A stretch of DNA of 64,000 nt from Nitrospirota bacterium (GTDB lineage Bacteria; Nitrospirota; UBA9217). The position numbers and the translations under genes were made by a program. This document shows positions 48,201 through 57,200 of this stretch, piece by piece (position 1 is the stretch's first letter; each line of letters opens with the position of its first letter). The stretch is from positions 1 to 64,000 of the forward strand of contig CAWIYV010000001.1 in NCBI GenBank assembly GCA_963840455.1, written 5' to 3'. The notes under the pieces were generated by a model. That model was not told where the DNA came from, did not search any database, and worked only from the letters and a program-made list of their open reading frames with translations.

Positions 48201-51200
48201 CACGGGGTCGTGCTTGAACGCGGCCTTAGTGCTCGGTATAGATGGATGGTAGTTCTCCGGCGGCCAGAGCCAGCTGAAACCGGCGACCGCAGACCCGAGC
48301 CACGCCGCATTGTAGTCGGGCATGGCGTTTCCTGCGGAGCGGTCCGTAGCCTCCGCGTTCGCTTCCTGTGGCCACTCCTCGCCCGGCCGCAGACCCATCG
48401 TTGCCACGGCCTTCATGCCGCTGGGTGGACCGCTCACCAGCGCCGGCACGGCGACGATGATCTTGGGAGGCCTGATCCGGAGCTCCACCCGGCGGTTCCG
48501 TGCGCGGCCCTGCTCGGTACTGTTGCTCGCCACGGGCTCGTCCGGCCCCTTGCCGTCATAGGTGATCTGGTCGGACGTGAGGCCCAGACCGTCGGCAATG
48601 TACGCTCCGACCGTGGCAGCCCGCTCGTAGGACAGCGCGTAGTTGTCGGGGTAGCACGCCTGCAGCCGGGGGCTGATTCGCCGGGCGTCGGTGTGGCCGG
48701 TGACCGTGATATGCTCCACCGACTTCTGTTTCATCCGGGAGATGACGCGGTCCAGTTCCTCTTTGTCCCGCCGGGTAAGCTCGGCGCTCCCACTTTCGAA
48801 CTCGGGATGCAACACGATGTCCGGCGCCGGACGGAGCTCGTCTCGTGTGCCGCGGACGAGCTCCGTGCTCACCGCCGGCGTGCGGTTGTTCTTGCCCTCC
48901 GGCGAGTCAGCGGTAAGGATGGCGGAGGTTCTGAACTGAGCGCCTTCAGGGCCGCTGACGGGCACAACCGTATCGAAGGAAAGCGTTCCACCCCAGTTCG
49001 CCGGGATCTCGGCGAACCGGAAGGTGACCGTGCTGCCAATCTCTTGCGGCTCATCGATGGGGAACGCCTTCCAAAACGTGCCGGTCGGATTGCTGACTGG
49101 CCTGCACTCGGGTCGCGGCCCGGCTGCAAAGGCGGCCGTACCTGGCCGGTAAACACCCCCTTCGGGCAGCATGATGGAGAGCTTCAGGTTCCGCGCCGGC
49201 ACCACGCCGACGTGCACCGGGACCGTATATTGAATGAGGTCTTTCCCCTCCTCCAGAGGCGGCTCGCCAGGTGCCGGCCGCTTCGGAGACGTGAGGATCT
49301 CGATGCCGACCTCGCCGACCTGTTTCGGCTTGAGGCCCACGTGGAAGTCCGCGCGCCAGAGCGCCCCGCCTTGGAGGTCCACAAACTGAGAGAACGGTGT
49401 GCCGGCAAACCGCGTGTTCTCCTCGCAGGCCATGACCTCGTACTTCTCCGGCAACGTCGACAGGTCGACCTGCACCACATGCGTGCCCGGCTGCACGGCT
49501 GCGAAGTGGTACATGCCGTTCTGGTCGGTCACCACGAATGTCCCATCCTCGCGGTAAATCCGCACTCCCGCGAGACCGCCCTCCTCGCGCCGCTCCTTGT
49601 CACCACAGCCGTCCACGCTGACCCGTCCGACGATGGTCGCCGTGCTCCGGAACAGGTCCTCAATGACCACGACTGTGGCCTGCGCCGTGTTCGAAATCGC
49701 GCCGGGCGTGCCGGAGGCAACGGCTGTGTTGGTTGCTATGCCCGGCCGGGCCCCAGCGCCCACCTCGGCCACATAGACGATGTCGGCCTTGGTTCCAGCT
49801 GACAGGTCGCCAGCAGAGAAAGTCAGACTGCGGCCGTCAGAGGAAACAACGGGATCGGCGGTTGTCGCGCTGTTCAAGCGTGCCGAGCCTTTCCGGTAGC
49901 GGAAGCCAATCGGCAGCCGGTCCGTGACCATGACCGCCAGGATATTGCCGGTAGAATTATTTTCCACGGTGAGGCGATAGGGTACGAAGTCCCCCACCGC
50001 TGCGGTCTGTTTGCCTGCCGTCTTGACAAGCCACAGGCTTGCGTTCACGGGGTCCACGGGGATGTCTATGTGGATGGAAGGGCCGGGATTCACAACGAAG
50101 TCCTCGCCACGCGACCCGGGTATTACGATGGCGAAGGGCCCGCCTGGCAGCGTCTGGATGATGTTGGTCGCCACCTGGGACGGCGCGCCGTAGCCAGTGG
50201 GAGGCGTCACAACAAGCCGATAGGTGCCGGGCGCGACGATGAAAGGAAACCGGTAGCCGCCGGGCGTGAAGGTGTAGATTCTGCCGCTGCCGTCCGTAGC
50301 CGTGGCGCCCGAGACAACTGCCGATGGGAAAATGCTGACGCCGTCCTCGCCGTACACCGTGGCCGGAAGGCCGGTCGAAGCATCGATCATCGTAACCGTG
50401 GCCCCGTCCACCGGGAGACCGGACACACTGCTGAAGACTAGTCCGTAGGGATCGACCAGCGCCCCTGCTACCGGTGTGTCCACCGCATCGGCACTGTCGG
50501 TGTACGACGCATTGATACGCGATCCGGTCGCCACCTGCAGGACGCCATTCCCACTCGCGGCCGGCGTAGGCCCGGTCTGGATGTACCCGGCGAAAACGCC
50601 CGTGTTCGGGCCGGATTCAAGGAGCCGCAGCACCTCCGTGTCAAGGGTCACGGGGTTCTGGATGGTAACAAGCACGGTCTCACGGACTGCGGGATCCAGG
50701 TTCTGGTCCAGATCAGTCAGCCGGATGAATACTGGTTCTCCCATGTTGAACTGCGTTGCAGGCACGAGCGGGACCGGAGCTGAGAGATCGATAGGCGCCG
50801 AGCCGACGCCTGGAGTTATATGCACCGGCGGGGCAAGCGCGATGAACGTGCCCGTCGGAGTGCCGTTATTGCTGTAGGACGTCGTCCCGACGGACACGAG
50901 CTGGGCGCCCGGCGCACCAGGGCCGTACTGCAGGAGTTCCAGGGTCGAAGGGGTGCGGAGCGCGATCGTGGTCACGGTGACGCTGTTTGAGCTGACCAGT
51001 AGAGGGACTGAGGATGCTCCGGTGGTATAGACCGCTGCTGCGGTGTTTATGATGTTCGTTCCGGGCAGCGTCGCGGAAATACTCGCTACGGGTACGAGCA
51101 TGATGGATAAGAATGCAAGAAGAACGATGATTAAGGAGAATAATGACGACGTTCTGACCGATGAGTCTCTGTTCTGACGGCTGGCGGCAGCCATGTCGGG

Positions 51201-51281
51201 GCGCACAAGTGGCATCATGCCGGTATTGCTGCCGGATGCCCGTTTCACGCGTATCGTTTGTATGCGCTTATCCCTTTCCAA
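45207..51281 (-). CDS. Large outer-membrane protein: signal/anchor, Ig-like domains, complete DUF11, SdrD-B-like domain, OmpA domain and C-terminal beta-barrel
   Basis: Hydrophobic signal region; DUF11 at ~49670-50040; TDQNGMYHF..VQPGTHVVQVD; OmpA motifs TGHTD, LSYERA, GRARNRRVE; about 800 aa of alternating Gly/aromatic beta strands. The true start may be downstream. Confidence 0.85.
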   Translation of the reverse strand: MERDKRIQTIRVKRASGSNTGMMPLVRPDMAAASRQNRDSSVRTSSLFSLIIVLLAFLSIMLVPVASISATLPGTNIINTAAAVYTTGASSVPLLVSSNSVTVTTIALRTPSTLELLQYGPGAPGAQLVSVGTTSYSNNGTPTGTFIALAPPVHITPGVGSAPIDLSAPVPLVPATQFNMGEPVFIRLTDLDQNLDPAVRETVLVTIQNPVTLDTEVLRLLESGPNTGVFAGYIQTGPTPAASGNGVLQVATGSRINASYTDSADAVDTPVAGALVDPYGLVFSSVSGLPVDGATVTMIDASTGLPATVYGEDGVSIFPSAVVSGATATDGSGRIYTFTPGGYRFPFIVAPGTYRLVVTPPTGYGAPSQVATNIIQTLPGGPFAIVIPGSRGEDFVVNPGPSIHIDIPVDPVNASLWLVKTAGKQTAAVGDFVPYRLTVENNSTGNILAVMVTDRLPIGFRYRKGSARLNSATTADPVVSSDGRSLTFSAGDLSAGTKADIVYVAEVGAGARPGIATNTAVASGTPGAISNTAQATVVVIEDLFRSTATIVGRVSVDGCGDKERREEGGLAGVRIYREDGTFVVTDQNGMYHFAAVQPGTHVVQVDLSTLPEKYEVMACEENTRFAGTPFSQFVDLQGGALWRADFHVGLKPKQVGEVGIEILTSPKRPAPGEPPLEEGKDLIQYTVPVHVGVVPARNLKLSIMLPEGGVYRPGTAAFAAGPRPECRPVSNPTGTFWKAFPIDEPQEIGSTVTFRFAEIPANWGGTLSFDTVVPVSGPEGAQFRTSAILTADSPEGKNNRTPAVSTELVRGTRDELRPAPDIVLHPEFESGSAELTRRDKEELDRVISRMKQKSVEHITVTGHTDARRISPRLQACYPDNYALSYERAATVGAYIADGLGLTSDQITYDGKGPDEPVASNSTEQGRARNRRVELRIRPPKIIVAVPALVSGPPSGMKAVATMGLRPGEEWPQEANAEATDRSAGNAMPDYNAAWLGSAVAGFSWLWPPENYHPSIPSTKAAFKHDPVHRLTLLQDGKPVDPIYFEGTLKRGDGGLAVSTWSGINIVEGDNRFEVVVRDEAGTVLHQMFRIVHYSGNPVAAVFVPERSRLLADGITPPAIAVRLLDKDGHPAREGIAGEFTVDPPHFAQQRAAQLQQSPISGPATDRIRYQVGADGIALIELAPTTQSGEAVVRIPLASGSQEVRAWLRPEARDWVLVGLAEGTVGYNIVTGNMESFGATGGSDDLYHEGRVAFYTKGVIKGEWLLTAAYDSAKEPGGRRNMYQYIDPNKYYMLYGDATEQLNDAPSAKHVYVKLERGQFYALFGDYATGLTMTELSRYSRNLTGVKSEMKGDRFEYTVFAADTDQAHVKDELRGDGTSGLYHLSRRNIVLNSESVTIEARDRFKSEVIVSAQRLSRNVDYTIDYESGTLFFKSPVQSRDENFNPVYIVTEYETFDPSNTSYTYGGRVAVNSLDRRSQVGVTHAHEGARGLENNLTGVDASVRLTPSTTLRAEAARSSSDNAGTTIEGSAYLAEIQHRSEQAEGKVYVREQEPGFGVGQQNGSETGTRKVGGDLLYRINQPWSLGGEVFRQENLSTGAVRDMAEARARYAMPGYEVFAGLRHAEDTLGTGEVHRSEQIFLGAKYQFSQRLAGRIQHDQTLNSSDSSVDFPTRTTVGMDYLLTKNTTLFADQEVTRGIQANTATSRVGIRSAPWTGAQLNQTMEQQTTENGNRLFATTGLKQAWQLTSRWSLDTGFDRSATIHKTGEYSMNTNVPPASGGTEDFTAVFLGAAYRADRWSWTGRVEERWSTTEDKLGVFGGANGEVGNGLALAAGLQTFRTVNVAGPVSFSGDLRLGAAYRPLETRVIFLDRLDFLQAEQKGVDLPYENWRVVNNFVLNFKLEGRTQWSFQYGSKFVSETIEKNDYRGYTDLTGIEGRYDITKKVDVGMRVSMLRSLAIGQTDYSTQASVGLQAAMNLWISVGYNFIGFMDRDFSKADFTAEGPFVKLRMKFDQASVRDAVKWITGQ

Positions 51282-51306
51282 TGGTTACCGTTCTACTCCT
51301 GAAAAT

Positions 51307-51336
51307 CTCCCCTCCCACACTCAGGTGGGAGGGGAG
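51307..51336 (-). terminator. Strong intergenic hairpin between the putative major subunit gene and the outer-membrane protein gene
   Basis: CTCCCCTCCCAC-actcag-GTGGGAGGGGAG forms a perfect 12-bp stem, followed by ATTTT on the minus strand. Confidence 0.7.
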
Positions 51337-51357
51337 TGGTCGCTGCAGCTTTTTAAT

Positions 51358-52461
51358 TTAGTTCACCGTAACCTGGTACTTGATCCGCGCAACACCGCCA
51401 AGGGAGTTAACAGTTAAGTTCGTGACATTGACCGTGCCTGCGGTAAAATCGGCATTGTCGACATCGCCATTCGTATTCGTGCGGCATCCGAACGTGCCGG
51501 TGCCCGGATCAACGGCGATGCCCTGGCCCGCTATGCAGCTAGGCCCTCCGTCATCGAACTGCGTCCGGAATGTCACCGGCAGCGCACCCAGTGCGTCCGC
51601 GATAGACACGTTCGTAGCATTGGACGTGCCGGGATTCGTGATCGTCACTATGTAGGTGATGACCGCGCCAGGGATCGACCGCGGCGAGGTGGTCCCGTTT
51701 ACGGGATCGGAATAGACCACCGGGGTCTTGGTCACAGTGATCCCCGATATCCGGAACGCACTCCGGTCGGATGCGCGAGCATCGCGTCCTACGTCGCCGG
51801 TGACTGTCCCGTTGCCGGCATCACCGAAGACCGTATCAACACCGTTGTAGTTGGCGACACCCTCGGCCAGGTTCGTCGCTACCCCTGCGCCGCTGCCAAA
51901 GGCGCGGGCTACCGCGGTAAGCGAAAATGCCTGGAGCGCGCCATTCGCCTCACCCGCCGGGATGTTGGCGACGATAAATACTGTCACCGAGACGTCCGAG
52001 TTGATGGTACTGAACAGCGCCGTGTCAACCCCCGGGTCATAGATACCGTTACCAGTATCCACATAGGCGGCGACCGTCGGGACGGTGACAAAGGTGTTCG
52101 CCCCGCCGTTATAGGGGTTGGTGGCCGAAACGGCCGTCACCAGCCCGAAATCGAGCTGTGTGTTCGTGATGTTCGTCACCAGGAACGTCAGGTAGGCATT
52201 CGTTGCGCCTCCCGCCACGTCGACGAAGTTCGCGTTCTGGCGGGTGACCGTCATGTTCACCCGCATACCGACCGTGAATGTGGCCGTGGAGACAAGCGCG
52301 CTTCCCGGCACTCCTCCGATGGAATAACCGACCGACACCGAGTTGCTGATGCCGGTGCCTGCAATGGTGCCCGCTGCCCAGATGGACGCAGGTACCGCAA
52401 TGGCGATCGCCGTAATGATCGCGACCGCCGTCAGGATCCTTTTAATGCTTGTTGCTTGCAT
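51358..52461 (-). CDS. Secreted DUF11-like protein, putative major filament subunit
   Basis: TAAGGAGG RBS, Sec signal (IWA|A), N-terminal GTIAGTGISNSVSVGY, C-terminal VTKT...PGAVITY...SIAD...YQVTVN*. Confidence 0.85.
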   Translation of the reverse strand: MQATSIKRILTAVAIITAIAIAVPASIWAAGTIAGTGISNSVSVGYSIGGVPGSALVSTATFTVGMRVNMTVTRQNANFVDVAGGATNAYLTFLVTNITNTQLDFGLVTAVSATNPYNGGANTFVTVPTVAAYVDTGNGIYDPGVDTALFSTINSDVSVTVFIVANIPAGEANGALQAFSLTAVARAFGSGAGVATNLAEGVANYNGVDTVFGDAGNGTVTGDVGRDARASDRSAFRISGITVTKTPVVYSDPVNGTTSPRSIPGAVITYIVTITNPGTSNATNVSIADALGALPVTFRTQFDDGGPSCIAGQGIAVDPGTGTFGCRTNTNGDVDNADFTAGTVNVTNLTVNSLGGVARIKYQVTVN

Positions 52462-52661
52462 GACTTCCTCCTTAGGTTAGTGTTTTCGAATATGCAAAAT
52501 AGATTGTTCTGTGGCCGTTCTTGCCCCAGGTCTTTTTATCCCCCCTTCCATGATTCTCCGAACTTGTTCCAGAGAAATCTTCGTTCTTTTCGTTTTCGAG
52601 AATCGTTCCTATATTGTGATATCATGGCATGCTCCTCCCAAGTGCTCCGTCCTTCTCGCGG

Positions 52662-53156
52662 CTACCGGATCTGCGCACGAAACGAGACGCTTCCGCTAGC
52701 GCCAGGTGCCAGGGGGGCCGTCACGGTCCAGCGGATGTGCGTAAAATCCGCGGGCAGGGCCGGACGGACTTTGCCGTCCTTGTTCGTGATCTGCAGTTTT
52801 TCCGGTGCAGCGTATTTCTTGCCACCGTCGACGGAAAAGTCGATCTTCGTTCCCTTGCCCTCTGCGCTCTTTTCCACATAGGCCATGTGCTCGGGCACGG
52901 GGTTCGTGACCACCACCCCAGTGGCCGCCTGCTTTCCTTTGTTGACATAGCGTGTGGTGAAGATCACGACATCGCCTGGAACGACCTTGGCTTTAGAGGC
53001 CTCGATGCGCTTCACCTCGGTCGTTCCCTGGGCTGTCTTTTCCTTGACCTCCACTTCGGCTAGGCTCGTCACGACAATGTCCCCTTGCTGTTGCGCCCAG
53101 GCGGACAGGGGGGCCAGTGCCAATACCAGCATGCATCCAATGATCCTGTTCCTCAT
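52662..53156 (-). CDS. Secreted single-domain DUF11-like protein, putative chaperone/accessory factor
   Basis: Signal peptide AWA|Q; VVPGDVVIFTTRYVNKG...VVVTNPVP...FSVDGG...HIRW...VSFRAQIR*. Confidence 0.85.
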   Translation of the reverse strand: MRNRIIGCMLVLALAPLSAWAQQQGDIVVTSLAEVEVKEKTAQGTTEVKRIEASKAKVVPGDVVIFTTRYVNKGKQAATGVVVTNPVPEHMAYVEKSAEGKGTKIDFSVDGGKKYAAPEKLQITNKDGKVRPALPADFTHIRWTVTAPLAPGASGSVSFRAQIR

Positions 53157-53179
53157 CTGCGTTCCCTCCTTAGTATTGA

Positions 53180-54184
53180 TTAATCAATTTTTACATCGAA
53201 CGAAATGACCTGCGCAGGCGACGCGCTGGTCAGGTTTCCCACATTGACCGTAATGGTATTCGGAGAAGTGATCCCGAAATTGCCCGCGTCGGCGTCTGTG
53301 GCGTCGGTCAGCGGCACTCCGTTCAGTACTATCGTTCCGGGCTTGTAGGTGGTGCTCGCCGGGATCGCGTCGGAGATGACGATGCCAATTGCAGTTCCGG
53401 TTCCCGCCATGGTCACACTCAGGGTATAGCGGATGGTCGCTCCCGGTTGAGGCCGGTTCCCGCCGTAGGGATCGAGAATGACGGCCGTCTTGGTCACATT
53501 CACCGTGGCACCACTGGAGATGGCATAGCTTCCGGCGGCGGTCCGGGTACCCTGCGACGCGCCGATCACCGCGTCGGAACCTCCTTCGCCGGCACCGGGC
53601 AGGATGGTCCCGGCAGGACCGGTCCCGCTGGCTGAGACCGCAGTCAGGTTGACCGTACCGACGTCGCCATTGGTCATGGTGGTCGCCGGTATACTTGAAA
53701 GTACAAAGATCGTCAGAAAACCGTCAGCTGTGACCGTGCCGGTGCCCGAGCTGTACAGCACGTCCGTGCTTTGGTCAAAGACGCCGTTCCCATTAGCGTC
53801 GAAATAGATCGCCGTGACCACCGGATCGAACTGGTCCCCGCCAATGCCCGCCCCAGTCGCGGACAGAGTATATGCGTCATTGCCGTTCCCAGTGTTGGTG
53901 ATACGGAGCGTAGAGACCGCATTGGCCTGGCCCGGTAGAACGGGTACCGGAGAAGCGTCCTGCAGGGTGAGGGTAAGTTCGAGACGCTCGGCAATCCGGA
54001 GGGATGCGTTGCTGGACTGCGAGTAGTTGTTGCCGGCTATCGTGTAGTTCACGCTTACGGTGTTCATGATCACCGTGCCCGCTGCTGTTCCGACAGCACG
54101 CGCGCTGTCCTGACCCACCAGGCTTGCGGCAAGGAACGCGATGGCAATCAGGGCCTTTTTATATGTAGTTCCGCTTCTCTTCAT
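53180..54184 (-). CDS. Secreted DUF11 protein, putative minor subunit/adaptor
   Basis: Signal ARA|V, N-terminal GTAAGTVIMNTVSVNY, C-terminal VTKT...PGATIRY...ISDAIP...FDVKID*. Confidence 0.85.
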   Translation of the reverse strand: MKRSGTTYKKALIAIAFLAASLVGQDSARAVGTAAGTVIMNTVSVNYTIAGNNYSQSSNASLRIAERLELTLTLQDASPVPVLPGQANAVSTLRITNTGNGNDAYTLSATGAGIGGDQFDPVVTAIYFDANGNGVFDQSTDVLYSSGTGTVTADGFLTIFVLSSIPATTMTNGDVGTVNLTAVSASGTGPAGTILPGAGEGGSDAVIGASQGTRTAAGSYAISSGATVNVTKTAVILDPYGGNRPQPGATIRYTLSVTMAGTGTAIGIVISDAIPASTTYKPGTIVLNGVPLTDATDADAGNFGITSPNTITVNVGNLTSASPAQVISFDVKID

Positions 54185-54232
54185 GGGTCGATCTTTCGTG
54201 CGAGGCGGGCAGAGCACGCCTCACTTAGCCTC

Positions 54233-57200
54233 CTAATTGATCCTGACCCGGAACTGGATCGTGAACTGCGGGTTCGGCGGGCCGCTCGTTCCGTTCAACG
54301 CTCCGGCAGGGTTGATGCGTACGCCCTTCACATTCGAGTCATACCCGCCAACCGACACCGGCGTATAGTTGTACGGAGGACCGCCGCCAATCTGAGACGA
54401 GTAGGTCACAGCGGTCGCATAGTTGTACGTCACTCCGCAAGGAGGGACGGCGCTGCAAGTAAAGGTCACGGGATCGCCCGATCCGGTATCGACGTACATG
54501 CTTGTATTGGCCGGAATCGGGTCCGTGATGACGATCGAATTGCTATCAGCGGAGCCCGGGCCGCTATTGATCACCGTTACGGTATACAGCATCACCGCCC
54601 CGGGAATGGATTTTGGGTTGGTCGTATTATTGTATGGGTCGGAGAAGGTCGAGACCGCCTTAACGACCAATATGCTCGGTACAGCGCGTTCACCGATCGC
54701 GAATACGCCAAACCCACTCATACCGGTCGCCGTCGTATTATTGGGATTTTTCGCACCCACGGTCGGGTAGGTCCACACGCCGCCGCTCTTGCGTCCGACA
54801 ATAAAGTTGGCCGTGTTCGCACCGCTATCAATATCGCCATTCACAAATGTGAATGTCGCGTCATACGTTGCGAAGGCTAATGAAGCCCCTTGCGTCAGGG
54901 TCCATGTGCGGTTCACGCTCTTTCCCGCATCAATGCCTGAGGTGTTCGCCGTGGTGTCCCCATGGTCGCCCGTATCGGTGCGAGCGATCAGTACGCCGTT
55001 CACCAGCGTCGAGGTGACGTTGGCCATGGCGACCGTCACCGGGGTGTAATTCGTTGCATCGCCGATAGGGAATGTACAGAGCGTAGTGCCTGCATTGGTC
55101 GGATAATGCAGGCTCAGATTGCCCACCACAAATCCGCCGGTTCGTACGATTCCGGTAGCACAGCTGGACCCCACTTCTAGAACATTCGCGCCGGTCGTGA
55201 AAATCCCGTTGGTGAGAGTTAGCACACCGCTGACGGTGGGACTGGCGCTAAGCGTCGCTCCAAACGCATCGTTCATTATTAAGTTAGCGTAGGTGCCGGT
55301 ACCTGAAAGAACGTGAACGGCCGTGCCGCCGCTCAACGTAATGCTTCCGGTGGTGGCGGTATGCGTTCCGGTGTTGTTCACGTTGCCATTCACGGTCTGG
55401 ATGCTCGCACCACTTCCAAAGATCACACTGGTAATCGCAAGATCTCCCCTCACAACGAAGCTGCCCGCCGCGGTCTTGACGCCGCTACCGCTCACGGTGA
55501 GATTTCCATAGCCCGGAGCCGCTTCAGAAGCAATATTCTGGTTGGCGCCGCTGTATTCGACCGTGCTGGTTGCGCCGAGCGTGTGCGTTGTGTAGTTGGT
55601 TGGAAAGCTGTTGGTCCCACCGATCTTGAGCGTTGTTCCGTTGGCCACCGTGATCATGCCACCGGCAGCCGTTCGGTTCGCGGTGAAGGTAGCGAGATCC
55701 AGCGTTCCCGTGGAAACGGAAAGGTTCCCGACTTGGGTCGCATTGCCCGTCAGGGCGGCTGCATTGCCAGCACCCACATTTATCGCAAGGTTGTTAAAGT
55801 TGGAGGCACCTATCTGCGGTGCTGCGCCTGTGAAAATCACTGTTCCGGTAGGCGTGAAGGTGCCGGCCGATCTCGTCCAGGTGCCCGCGCCTGTGCCGGT
55901 CACCGTAATCGTGTTACCGTTGTCAATCAGCGTGCCGGCCGTCTGGTTGAAGGTGCCGATGGAAATTGGTGTAGCGGCGGTTAAGGTCGTTGCTCCGGTG
56001 GAAGTGTAATTGAGAGCACCGGCAACGGTGAAGCCGGCGTTTCCCGTCATCGTCGCAGCGCCTGAAATGGTAAGGTCGCCGTTGATCGTGGTCACACCTG
56101 TCATGGTCTTAGCGCCGCTGTTGCTCAGGGTAAGGTCATAATAGCTCGTCGGCTCTACTGTCTGCGCGCCGGCACGGTTATAGTTCACCGTGTTGCCGAT
56201 GGCAGACGCGTCGAGAGTGTTAATGCCCGGCGGTCCGATGAACCCGATGCTCAGCGTGCCGGTATTGGCCAGCGTGCCGGTACCAGCCAAGGCGGTCGTG
56301 ACGTTTAGATTTCCGTTATTGGTCAAAGTCACCCCGGTAACGGTAACGTTGGGGATGGTGGTAATAGTTGTTCCACCAAAGCTCTGGCTATTGGTGTTAA
56401 AGGCGTAGACCCCAGTGCCCGCAGTGAAGGTTCCGTTGTTGATCAGGCCGCCCTGCATCGTAATGTTCTCATTAGCGCTATTGTTCCAGGTGCCGCCGTT
56501 ATTGATCGTGATGTTTCCCGTGTAGGTTTTTGTCCCTGCTGCATTGTTGTGAGTCAACGTGCCTGACACTGACGTCGTACCCGTCACTACAGTGTTTAAA
56601 CCGCCCACGGTCAAGGTCGTGCCCGCGCCGACGGAGAGATTGCCGAGGATGTTCAGCGTGCCGGCAGCGGGAGTTTTTGTACCGCTCCCCGACAGAACAA
56701 GATTCGGGTACGTCATCCCGGCCGTTGTGATTGCCTGATTTCCGGCTAAAGCGAGTGTTATCGTTGCTGTTGAGTTTCCTAACGCGTTGAAGGTGTTGGT
56801 TCCTGAATTAGCGGCAAATGGAGTGGCATTGTAAAATTGCAGGTTGGGCGAGCCCGACAATTCCACTTTACAGGTCCCATTACATGCCCCCCCCGGTCCG
56901 CCATTGAGATCAATTCTGTCCAATAACCAGGTTCCCGAACCGGAGAAGGTAGAAGTGACGTTGTTTCCCGCAAGGTAGATGGCATTTGTGCTGCCAGAAA
57001 CAGTGAAGTTGACGCTGCCATTGTTGACGAGGTTGCCCCCCAAGTATATGTCGGAGTTGGCTCCAGCGGCGATAGCAAGAGTTCCTCCTGAATCGATCTG
57101 CAGGCTCGCCAACGTGTTAGTGTTGGCATTGAACGTTACCGTGCTGCCGTTCGGTACGATGACTGAGTCGCCTGCTGCCGGCACATGCCCGCAACTCCAG

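Noticed and set aside
12990-49802. Long antisense ORFs, e.g. 12990..14294, 22329..23813, 39415..40578 and 48180..49802
   Set aside because: They are shadows of well-supported genes on the opposite strand, expected with high GC3, and show no recognisable motifs.
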